Positions 18,629-26,602 of a stretch of DNA of 58,747 nucleotides are shown piece after piece. Below the pieces are notes generated by a model that saw only the letters and a list, made by a program, of their open reading frames with translations, searched no databases and was not told the DNA's origin. The first letter of the stretch is position 1. Every line of letters starts with the position of its first letter. The stretch is from Candidatus Bathyarchaeia archaeon (GTDB lineage: Archaea; Thermoproteota; Bathyarchaeia; Bathyarchaeales; Bathycorpusculaceae), in the NCBI GenBank assembly GCA_049512935.1, contig JBEKWR010000013.1, positions 1 to 58,747 on the forward strand, given 5' to 3'. Both the position numbers and the translations under genes were made by a program.

Positions 18629-19375
18629 ATGAAAGTGGTTGTCCACTGGAGCGGCGGAAAAGACTGCTGCACGGCGCTGCATAAAGTAGTCGAGCAGGGT
18701 CACGAGGTAGCGTGCCTTGTCACGTACATTTACATGGAACCCTACGTTTTCCACAGCTTCAAAGTCATCGAGCAACAGGCCAAAGCCCTCGGCATGCCTC
18801 ACCAGTTCGTCAAAATCACGGATAATCGCTATGGCGATATCATGGGAACTTTGGAGCGGCTGCATAAGGAAGAGGGCGCCAAAGCCATAGTGACAGGCGA
18901 CATCGACAACGTACACCACCGCCGAGTATGGAAGGACGCGTGCAGAAAGCTGGGTGTCGAGCTTATGATGCCGCTGTGGGACCGCCCGTTCAACCTCATC
19001 CCGGGCAATCGCCACCGCAAACGGATCATGGAGATGGAGCAGACCACAGGGGTAAAGGCGATTCTTAGCTGCATCGACCAAAGGTACTTCACTGAGCAGT
19101 GGCTGGGAAGGCAGATTGACCGCAAATGCATCGAGGACATGCAGCCCCTAGTTGGTCCCGCAGGCAAAGGAATAGACGTTTCAGGCGAGCCAGGAGAGTA
19201 CCATTCAACGTCGCTTGATGCGCCGCTGTTTAAGCAACGCGTCGAAATAACCAAGTTCACAAAGAGAAGCAAAGTTGTGGATTTCGGCGGGTCCCCGTTC
19301 CGCGAAGGAAACTTCCTGTACATGGACGTAGAAGAAGCGACTCTGAAACCCAAAGAGGCAGCCAGCTCCGCCTAA
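18629..19375 (+). CDS. DUF71/COG2102 (Dph6-like) ATP pyrophosphatase
   Basis: MKVVVHWSGGKDCC, VTGDI, PLW, DVSGEPGEYHS, DAPLF. Confidence 0.88.
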   Translation: MKVVVHWSGGKDCCTALHKVVEQGHEVACLVTYIYMEPYVFHSFKVIEQQAKALGMPHQFVKITDNRYGDIMGTLERLHKEEGAKAIVTGDIDNVHHRRVWKDACRKLGVELMMPLWDRPFNLIPGNRHRKRIMEMEQTTGVKAILSCIDQRYFTEQWLGRQIDRKCIEDMQPLVGPAGKGIDVSGEPGEYHSTSLDAPLFKQRVEITKFTKRSKVVDFGGSPFREGNFLYMDVEEATLKPKEAASSA

Positions 19376-19451
19376 AAAAACGCGGCGCCCAACCATTTTA
19401 AGGTAATGTTGATTAGGGAAATGCGCTCCATAGAACAGAATTAGGCTTGAG

Positions 19452-19754
19452 TTGAAGCGGATGGTTGAAAGAGAAGTCGTCGGCAACCTGAACGTTGTCT
19501 GGCTCTGCGGCGGAACAACAGCGGACATCACTCCAGCTCAGCCGTTGAAGTTCAACATGAACGACGCGTGCGAAAAAATCAAGAAGCAAGGCAAAATCCG
19601 CGTGAAGTCGCCGATGGTTCTGATGTTTGATTACATGAAGCTTGACGTGAGCCTCTTCGACGGGGGACGCATGCTCATCAAGAATGTGCATGATAAAGAG
19701 ACTCCGCTTAAGGCTTACCGCGAAATCCTAAAAGCAATCAACATAACCATCTAA
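19452..19754 (+). CDS. Small hypothetical protein
   Basis: 100 aa; SLFDGGRMLIKNV resembles the small alpha/beta domain at the C-terminus of some MoeB/ThiF proteins. Confidence 0.55.
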   Translation: MKRMVEREVVGNLNVVWLCGGTTADITPAQPLKFNMNDACEKIKKQGKIRVKSPMVLMFDYMKLDVSLFDGGRMLIKNVHDKETPLKAYREILKAINITI

Positions 19755-19767
19755 AAAAAGGTTTTTC

Positions 19768-21138
19768 TCAAGTACGGTGAAAAACCGCTGATGCTCCTTT
19801 CTTGACTGCGCTGCCTAAGCCTTCCTGCCTTATCACTCGAAGCAGTTTGGACGCGGCGGGTTTCTGGCAGCCTCGTTGGAAGTCCCGCTGAATCTTGACG
19901 AGCATGTCGTAGTCGAACTCTGGGGTTTTTACTCTTGCCAAGTAGTTGTCCATTTGGTCGTAGAGGTGGTCGCGGATGACCTCATCGTAGAGTTGGCTGC
20001 CTGGGCACGCGATGTAAATGTTGAACATGCACCAGTCTGCCTTGAGCTTCTTGGCAAACTCGAAGGTAGCGTTCATGTCGGCTACTGTTTCGCCGGGGAT
20101 GCCCAGCATGAAAGAGGTAGCCGTCTGGATGCCAACTTGCCTGCAGAGCTCAAAGGTGCGGGTGACCTCTTGCAGGTCGATGCCTTTGTTTAGTTTCTGC
20201 TGGATTTTGGGCGAGCCTGATTCGACGCCGAAAAACATGGTTTGGCAGCCTGCGGATTTCATTTCAGCCAGCAACTCTTTGCTGATTAAGTCGGCTCTGG
20301 TTTCGCAGGTCCATTTCAGGTCAAGCTTGTTGTTCTTGATGAGCTGGCACAGCTCCAATGTTCGCTTCTTGTTTATGGTGAAGTTGTCGCCGACAAAATA
20401 GATGCCTCTGGTGCCGTAGGTTTCCTTCATATGCTTTATTTCATCGATGACTCTTTGGGGCGAAAAAGCTCGGCAAGCTGTTCCCCAAAGTTCTCTTGTT
20501 TCGCAGTAGGCACATCGGTATGGGCAACCCCTGTGGATGCTCATGGTATCTACGGGTTTAACTGTCAAGTAGCTTAACGCGCGGTCATACATCCCCATGG
20601 GCAGCAGGTGGCGGGCTGGAAAGGGAACCTCATCCAAGTTGCTGATGAACTGGGGCTCAGTTTTGACTATTTCTTCGCCGATTTTGCAGGCTACCCCAGG
20701 AATCTTCGCTATAGCCGCGTTTTGTTCTCGCTTCGTGATGGAAACGGCAAGCTGAACCATCGCATGCTCTCCCTCACCGATAACCACGTAATCTATCTCT
20801 GAATGGTCAAGCAGAGTTTGAGGCATGTACGAGGCATGCGGACCACCAACCACAACCGCGCAGGTTGGGCAAACCTCCTTGATAGCTTTTGCCAGCTCTA
20901 GGCAACGCTGATAAGCCAGAGAATTGCAGGTTATGCCTACAATTTGGGGCGACCGACGTCTTATCTCCGATTTGACTTCTTCAATGGGCCGCTCAAGCAA
21001 GTAGTTATCGTAAATTTCAACCTGAAAGCCATTCTTCTCCAGCATCGCTGCAATGTAGGCTAAGCCCAGTGGCGGAAGCCTCCCTGCCATGCCCCAAGGC
21101 GACTTCTCCGGCGGAGCAGTGGTCATCAGTAAAATCAA
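19768..21138 (-). CDS. Cobalamin-dependent radical SAM enzyme
   Basis: PPLGLAYIAA, VGGPHAS, GEGE, RGCPYRCAYC, FGVESGS. Confidence 0.92.
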   Translation of the reverse strand: MILLMTTAPPEKSPWGMAGRLPPLGLAYIAAMLEKNGFQVEIYDNYLLERPIEEVKSEIRRRSPQIVGITCNSLAYQRCLELAKAIKEVCPTCAVVVGGPHASYMPQTLLDHSEIDYVVIGEGEHAMVQLAVSITKREQNAAIAKIPGVACKIGEEIVKTEPQFISNLDEVPFPARHLLPMGMYDRALSYLTVKPVDTMSIHRGCPYRCAYCETRELWGTACRAFSPQRVIDEIKHMKETYGTRGIYFVGDNFTINKKRTLELCQLIKNNKLDLKWTCETRADLISKELLAEMKSAGCQTMFFGVESGSPKIQQKLNKGIDLQEVTRTFELCRQVGIQTATSFMLGIPGETVADMNATFEFAKKLKADWCMFNIYIACPGSQLYDEVIRDHLYDQMDNYLARVKTPEFDYDMLVKIQRDFQRGCQKPAASKLLRVIRQEGLGSAVKKGASAVFHRT

Positions 21139-21162
21139 GGTTTGCTCCTCCGCCGCCTGCCC

Positions 21163-22575
21163 TTATTTCAGGAGGCTGTTTGCTTTTGCCCTCACTGCCC
21201 TTCGAGCATGCGCAAAGATCAAACGGGTTGCGCCTAAACCCCACATCTTGCCCACCCTAAACATGCTCAGCGCGCTCACGAAGTAGGCTGGGCTGAGGTA
21301 GAAGCTTTGGAATGCCTGCTCGCGGATTTCAGTGAGTTCCTGCATGGTCATGTTCGGAATCTCAAAGGTCGGCGTCGCCGTGTCGTACTTGTCAAAGTCA
21401 GTTACCTTAAGCGAGCCGTTGGCTTTAACTTCCTCGTATAGGGGTGTTCCAGGGTACGGCGTGGCTATGTAGAAGCCGACGTCGTTTGGGTTAAGCTCCT
21501 TCACGAAGCGAATTGTCTCCCAAGCGCTCTCTTTAGTCTCGCCTGGAAAACCCAAGATTACGCCGGCAACCGTCATCAAACCCGCCTCCTTCGTCCACTT
21601 GAAGGCGCGTCTCGTCTGGTCAAGATTGAAGCCTTTGCCCATGCTGGTCAACAGCTTCTTGGAGCCTGACTCGACGCCGAACCAAACGGAGATGCAGCCT
21701 GCCTGTTTCATCTTGACGAGGAGTTCTTTGCTTACCATGTCCACGCGTGTTTCGCAGTCCCACTTGATTTTGAGCCCACGACGCTGGATTTCATCACATA
21801 TCTCAGCTGTCCTTGCCTGGTCCACGGTGAAGGCGTCGTCGTAGAAGGTGAATTGAGTGGCATAGTAGTTTCTGTGCAGGTACTCGAGTTCGTCGACGAC
21901 GTTTTTGGGGCTTCGCATGCGATAGCGTCTGCCGAACATTCGGACAGTAGTGCAGAAGTTGCACCAGTACACGCAGCCTCGGCTGGTCATGACTGGGTAG
22001 GGTATGGTGCCGTACTTACGCAGGTTTTCCATGTGCTGCCAGAGGTGAAGCGCGGGAAAAGGCAAGCTGTCAAGGTTTTCAAGGAAAGGTCGGTCAGCGT
22101 TCCGCACTGTTTCTGCGCCTTTCCTGCATGTCGTGCCAATCAAATCGGTGTAGGACTGGCCGTTTTCAATTCGCTGGGCAAGCTCAAGTATCGTTTCTTC
22201 CCCTTCTCGCCTGACAACAACATCCAAGGACGGCTCTTCCTGCAGTGCCTTGTCATCCCAAAAGGTCACGTGTGGACCACCCACCGCGGTTATGCAGTTC
22301 GGCCAAACCTCCTTGGCTATCTTAACAATTCTAAGCGCAGACTTGTAGGTGAGAGTGGTGCAGGTGACTCCCACTATGTCAGGCTGGACCCTGCTTATTT
22401 CTTCCTTGAACTGTTTGTGAGTGATCTTTTGCGCTTGGCAATCAATCACGTTAACGTTAAAATGGTTCTTGTACAACACGGCGCCCAAGTACCCGATGCC
22501 CAGCGGCATGAAGGGTGGATGCTGATGGCTGCCAGCAGGGTACGGCGGGTTGACAAGGGTTACGCGAGTTTTCAT
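21163..22575 (-). CDS. Cobalamin-dependent radical SAM enzyme
   Basis: LVNPP, PLGIGYLGA, GGPHVT, SRGCVYWCNFC, FYDDAF, FGVESGS, TPYPGT. Confidence 0.93.
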   Translation of the reverse strand: MKTRVTLVNPPYPAGSHQHPPFMPLGIGYLGAVLYKNHFNVNVIDCQAQKITHKQFKEEISRVQPDIVGVTCTTLTYKSALRIVKIAKEVWPNCITAVGGPHVTFWDDKALQEEPSLDVVVRREGEETILELAQRIENGQSYTDLIGTTCRKGAETVRNADRPFLENLDSLPFPALHLWQHMENLRKYGTIPYPVMTSRGCVYWCNFCTTVRMFGRRYRMRSPKNVVDELEYLHRNYYATQFTFYDDAFTVDQARTAEICDEIQRRGLKIKWDCETRVDMVSKELLVKMKQAGCISVWFGVESGSKKLLTSMGKGFNLDQTRRAFKWTKEAGLMTVAGVILGFPGETKESAWETIRFVKELNPNDVGFYIATPYPGTPLYEEVKANGSLKVTDFDKYDTATPTFEIPNMTMQELTEIREQAFQSFYLSPAYFVSALSMFRVGKMWGLGATRLIFAHARRAVRAKANSLLK

Positions 22576-22693
22576 GCTACCTTCTTCCCTGAAACAATAG
22601 AGTTGGTGCCTTGTGCTTCATTTACTTTATGCAAAAACAAACAATTTCCCGTAGAAGCCACTTTTACCAAGCAGAAGCGCAAAAGTTGGATGA

Positions 22694-23404
22694 TTACTGC
22701 TTCGATGCGTCTTTGGGTTTGAGGTAGCACTCTTTAACGTCCATGTAAAGCCAGTTTCTCTTCCAATTCTTCGATTTCTCTTTCTTCTTCTTGCTCTTGT
22801 ACTTGCCGATGACTATGTTTTCTTTGAAGAGGGGCGCCTCGACTACTGTGCTGTGGTAGCCTTGCCCATCTTCGCTAGCTACGTCTATGTCTTTTTCATC
22901 AGCCAGTTCTTTAAGTTCTTTGACGGATTCTGGGTCAAGTTTTTTTCCCAGCCAATCTTCACTGAAAAAGTTGGTGTTGATACAGTTTAATACAGGTCTT
23001 AAGCCCCTGCCCACGACATCTTTGAGCACTTCGTATGTGTCGCCTTCGTTAGGCATCATGAAGGCTAACCCCAACTGTTTAGCCATGCTCTCGTAGTAGC
23101 TTGAGTGTACAATGGCGCAACCTGCACCAGCTATGTCTCCTGTAACGATGCCTTCGATGCCCACCTCGTCCTTCAGTTTGCTTAAGGCGCCAAGGATGTC
23201 TTCATACGGCTTCTTAATTCGGACAACCTTGAGGGGTGTCCCCAATGTTTGGGATTGAAGCTGCATCAGCTGGAAACTGTGGAAGACATAGGGACGCTGG
23301 TATTCAAAGCTGAGAAGGCAAGCAACTTGATGTTCCTGCGCGATGACTTTGTGGTAAGCTAAGCAGCATTCTTTTCCTCCGCTCCAGTGAACAACAACTT
23401 TCAT
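22694..23404 (-). CDS. DUF71/COG2102 (Dph6-like) protein, divergent
   Basis: MKVVVHWSGGKECC, VTGDI, EDWLG, DVASEDGQGYHST, EAPLF. Confidence 0.85.
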   Translation of the reverse strand: MKVVVHWSGGKECCLAYHKVIAQEHQVACLLSFEYQRPYVFHSFQLMQLQSQTLGTPLKVVRIKKPYEDILGALSKLKDEVGIEGIVTGDIAGAGCAIVHSSYYESMAKQLGLAFMMPNEGDTYEVLKDVVGRGLRPVLNCINTNFFSEDWLGKKLDPESVKELKELADEKDIDVASEDGQGYHSTVVEAPLFKENIVIGKYKSKKKKEKSKNWKRNWLYMDVKECYLKPKDASKQ

Positions 23405-23627
23405 CTTCTAACCCCTCTTTCTTCTTGTGAAGGCTCTTGAAATGGCTATAAACCTTTTCATAAAAGCGATTCTCGCATAGTCGTCGATACAAACCCAAAA
23501 TGAAGAACCCTGCGCTTTACTGCTAAGCGGCTAAGCCCATGAACTTTTGGAATATTCCAAAACTGCAAACAAAAACCTCCCTTTTCCCTGCCCCTTCCAA
23601 TCCAAGCCCGCAACAGAATCACAACCC

Positions 23628-23722
23628 AAACCAAAAAAGCAACCCAAAACAAACCCCGAGCGGAAGCCGCCTAAGGGGGGAGGGGGTCTACTATTTACAT
23701 CGAAATTCCATTGTAAAGATGG
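23628..23722 (+). repeat. 95-bp dispersed intergenic repeat, copy 1
   Basis: Matches the reverse complement of 35405-35499 with one mismatch by eye. Confidence 0.93.
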
Positions 23723-23876
23723 GTTAATCTGGCAAATCAGCATTTATGGGCAGTGAAGTGGGGTAGGTGTCGGTTTCAGTTAAAGCTATTAACTTGTCAG
23801 GTTATCAAAATAGACAAACGTTTCATGGGGAAACAAACGTGCTGCTGCGTTCAAGGCTGGGTGTGGGTGGGCTGAC

Positions 23877-25253
23877 TTGATTCTTTTAATGACCACTGCC
23901 CCGCCTGAAAAAGCCGTATGGTACCTTGGCAAGCGGCTGCCGCCCATAGGCTTAATGTACGTTGCCGCCGCGCTTGAAAAAGCAGGCTTCGAAGTGCAGA
24001 TGCTCGACAACTACCTCCTAAAAAAACCGCTCAGCGAAGTCAAGCAGCTTGTTTCAAACGTTAACCCGCAAATCGTGGGCATTACATGCGGGTCAGCGAC
24101 CTATGCACGCTGCGTGGAGACCGCCAAGGCAATCAAAGAAGCATCTCCGACCTGCAAAGTGGTCGTTGGCGGATGGCACGCCTCTTACGTTCCTGACAGC
24201 CTTCTGGCAAACCCCGAGATCGACTATGTGGTTATGGGTGAAGGCGAACGGGCAATGACACAACTTGCCGCTTGCATAACAAATGGCAATGAATCGGCTG
24301 CCATGGCAATACCTGGAGTTGCATGCAGGCGTCAAGGCATAAACATCAAGAACCCGCCGAAGTTCATCGAGAACATGGATGAAATTCCCTACCCAGCAAG
24401 GCACCTGTTACCGCTTGAACTCTACGACAGAACAATTGAGTACTTGAACGTTAAACCCGCCGACATCATGAGCATCTCGCGGGGATGCGTCTTTAACTGT
24501 GGCTTTTGCGAAACAAGAAAACTCTGGGGAAACATCTGCCGAGCATTCAGCCCGCAAAGGATCATCGACGAGATAATGGATTTACAGAGCAAATACGGCA
24601 CAAAAGGAATCTACTTCATCAACGACAACTTCACCCTCAGAAAAAAAGAAACACTGGAACTATGCAACCTCATGCGCAAGAACAAGCTGGACTTAGAATG
24701 GGTCTGCGACACCCGCGTTGACTTAGTCAACCAAGAACTCTTGGGAGCAATGAGCAAAGCAGGATGCAAAACCATCTGGTTCGGAGTAGAGTCAGGATCG
24801 CAGAAAGTTCTGCAGCGCATCGGCAGAAACACAAGCCTTGCGCAGATAGAAACCGCGTTTAAGCTTTGCCGCAAAAACGGGATACAGACAGCCTGCTCAT
24901 TCATGCTTGGCGTACCCGATGAAACGCTCAAGGACATGGAAGAGTCGCTTAAGTTCGCTAAGAAACTGGATCCTGACTGGTGCGTATTCAACGTGTTCAT
25001 CGCCAACCCAGACAGCAGGCTCTACCAAGAAGTTTTAGATTCCAAGAGCTATGACCAGCTTGACGACTTTTTGCTCAGCGTCAAAACCAAAGAGTTCGAC
25101 TACAACTCGCTGCTTGCCATTCAGAGAAGGTTCTTCAGAAGCTTCCACAGGTCGCCGAGGCAGATAATGAAAAGGGTTAGGCGCGAAGGCGTTGTGAACT
25201 TTGCAAAACGAAGGCTAAACCCAAGTTCGCACAAGAACGTTGGAATAGCTTAA
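23877..25253 (+). CDS. Cobalamin-dependent radical SAM enzyme (close paralog of 19768-21138)
   Basis: Shares MILLMTTAPPEK, RLPP and FPARHLLP-type segments with 19768-21138; SRGCVFNCGFCETR. Confidence 0.92.
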   Translation: MILLMTTAPPEKAVWYLGKRLPPIGLMYVAAALEKAGFEVQMLDNYLLKKPLSEVKQLVSNVNPQIVGITCGSATYARCVETAKAIKEASPTCKVVVGGWHASYVPDSLLANPEIDYVVMGEGERAMTQLAACITNGNESAAMAIPGVACRRQGINIKNPPKFIENMDEIPYPARHLLPLELYDRTIEYLNVKPADIMSISRGCVFNCGFCETRKLWGNICRAFSPQRIIDEIMDLQSKYGTKGIYFINDNFTLRKKETLELCNLMRKNKLDLEWVCDTRVDLVNQELLGAMSKAGCKTIWFGVESGSQKVLQRIGRNTSLAQIETAFKLCRKNGIQTACSFMLGVPDETLKDMEESLKFAKKLDPDWCVFNVFIANPDSRLYQEVLDSKSYDQLDDFLLSVKTKEFDYNSLLAIQRRFFRSFHRSPRQIMKRVRREGVVNFAKRRLNPSSHKNVGIA

Positions 25254-26105
25254 TTATTTTTTGGCTACCCAACAACTCATTTCAGGACTGCAGATGAGAC
25301 GGTAAATTACGGATAAGGGATTGGGAAGCCACGTGCTGGTTTCATAATAGTCCGTTCGTGTCGCAGATGCGTAGTTTTCTTCTTTTAGCGTTTGCTGTAT
25401 GCTGCTGTGGTTTAGTGCGTGTTCTTTTTTATACCAGTAGTCCGATAGACGGTAATCGATTGATGGAACCCTAAGCCCAGTAATTTGGAAGAAGACACTG
25501 TTAAGAAGGGGGTTCGAGTGGAGATAGATGCCTTTTATGAGGTTGGCTAGGCTGCTTCGTTCAGTTTTCCAGTAGAACGGAGATGCTTCATGGTCAATGT
25601 AGATTACGCCGCCCTTTTTTAGGAACACAGAGAGGCTGCGGAGGGCGCCTAGGTAGTCAGGCAGGTGATGCAGCACAGAGTAGCAGGTTATCAAGTCAAA
25701 TTTGCCTGCTTTAAAAGCCAAATCTTCTATGGGTGAGCAAACTACTGCTAGCTTGCTGTTCAGCAGGTAGTCACGGTATTTTCTTTTCAGTATTGCGCAC
25801 ATTTCTGCCGAGATGTCTACGGCTGTAACAGTGTAGCCCATTTGCAAGAGTTTACCCGTCAGGTTTCCAGTGCCTGCTCCAACGTCGAGAGCGTTTTTTC
25901 GGTTGTCCGTCACAAGTTTGTCTATCATTTGCAGTTTTGAAGTTACTCTTTTTTGCTCTCGCTTGGAGTAAACCTCAGGATGCAGCAGCTCGTAATATTG
26001 TGCTTCAATTTGATGAACGGAAACGTTTGCTTGGTGAATTCTTTCTTTAAACGCCTGGTCTTGAAGCACTTTGTACTCCTCATTCTCGCGAGTTAGCCTT
26101 GCCAA
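25254..26105 (-). CDS. Class I SAM-dependent methyltransferase
   Basis: ALDVGAGTG, VDIS, FDLITCYSVLHHLPD, LKKGG. Confidence 0.9.
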   Translation of the reverse strand: MARLTRENEEYKVLQDQAFKERIHQANVSVHQIEAQYYELLHPEVYSKREQKRVTSKLQMIDKLVTDNRKNALDVGAGTGNLTGKLLQMGYTVTAVDISAEMCAILKRKYRDYLLNSKLAVVCSPIEDLAFKAGKFDLITCYSVLHHLPDYLGALRSLSVFLKKGGVIYIDHEASPFYWKTERSSLANLIKGIYLHSNPLLNSVFFQITGLRVPSIDYRLSDYWYKKEHALNHSSIQQTLKEENYASATRTDYYETSTWLPNPLSVIYRLICSPEMSCWVAKK

Positions 26106-26268
26106 TAAACGTTTTTTAACATTTAAACGATTTGAAAAATGGCTGTTCTTTCTCTAATTTAGAGCCGAAGGCTTGCGTTACTCTTGTTCGGGTTGTGCTT
26201 TTTTTGTTCTTTTTGTTTTGGTTTGCTTTCAACGTTTGGGGCTTGAAGGGTTGGCAGGTCACGTTTTT

Positions 26269-26324
26269 TCCCGTTCTTTCCCGTTGAATCCCGTTTATTC
26301 CCGTGGTTTCCCGTGTTTTCCCGT
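26269..26324. repeat. Six TCCCGT hexamers at exact 10-bp period
   Basis: TCCCGT at 26269, 26279, 26289, 26299, 26309 and 26319, with variable 4-nt spacers. Confidence 0.9.
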
Positions 26325-26602
26325 TCCTGCACGCCTTTTACCGACTGTCTGCGACCGCCGACGCCTATCAACACCTTTGAAGACTTAAGCGCACGAAGAA
26401 CGCGGATTTGCATGCGGTTAACTGAGGTTTACATTTCGAATGAAGAATCCAGAAAGCATGCTTGCGCGTGGAAGTTCGGATCAAGATTGGGCTGAAAATC
26501 AAGGTGCTGCAGACAAGAATCAATTTTGAGGTAGACCCGAAAAATGCTGGTTTAAGAGTTAAACAAAAAAGAGGGGGAAATTGGTTTTTTCCCTTGGTTG
26601 TT

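Noticed and set aside
21853-22722. 289-aa plus-strand ORF and the many similar antisense or alternate-frame ORFs in the track
   Set aside because: Shadow ORFs of well-supported genes, with no motifs of their own.
23458-23756. Short ORFs containing KPKKQPKTNPERKPPKGGGGLLFTSKFHCKDG, also seen in 35032-35634
   Set aside because: These are translations of the 95-bp DNA repeat; the flanks are unrelated and several frames are open, so they were treated as non-coding.
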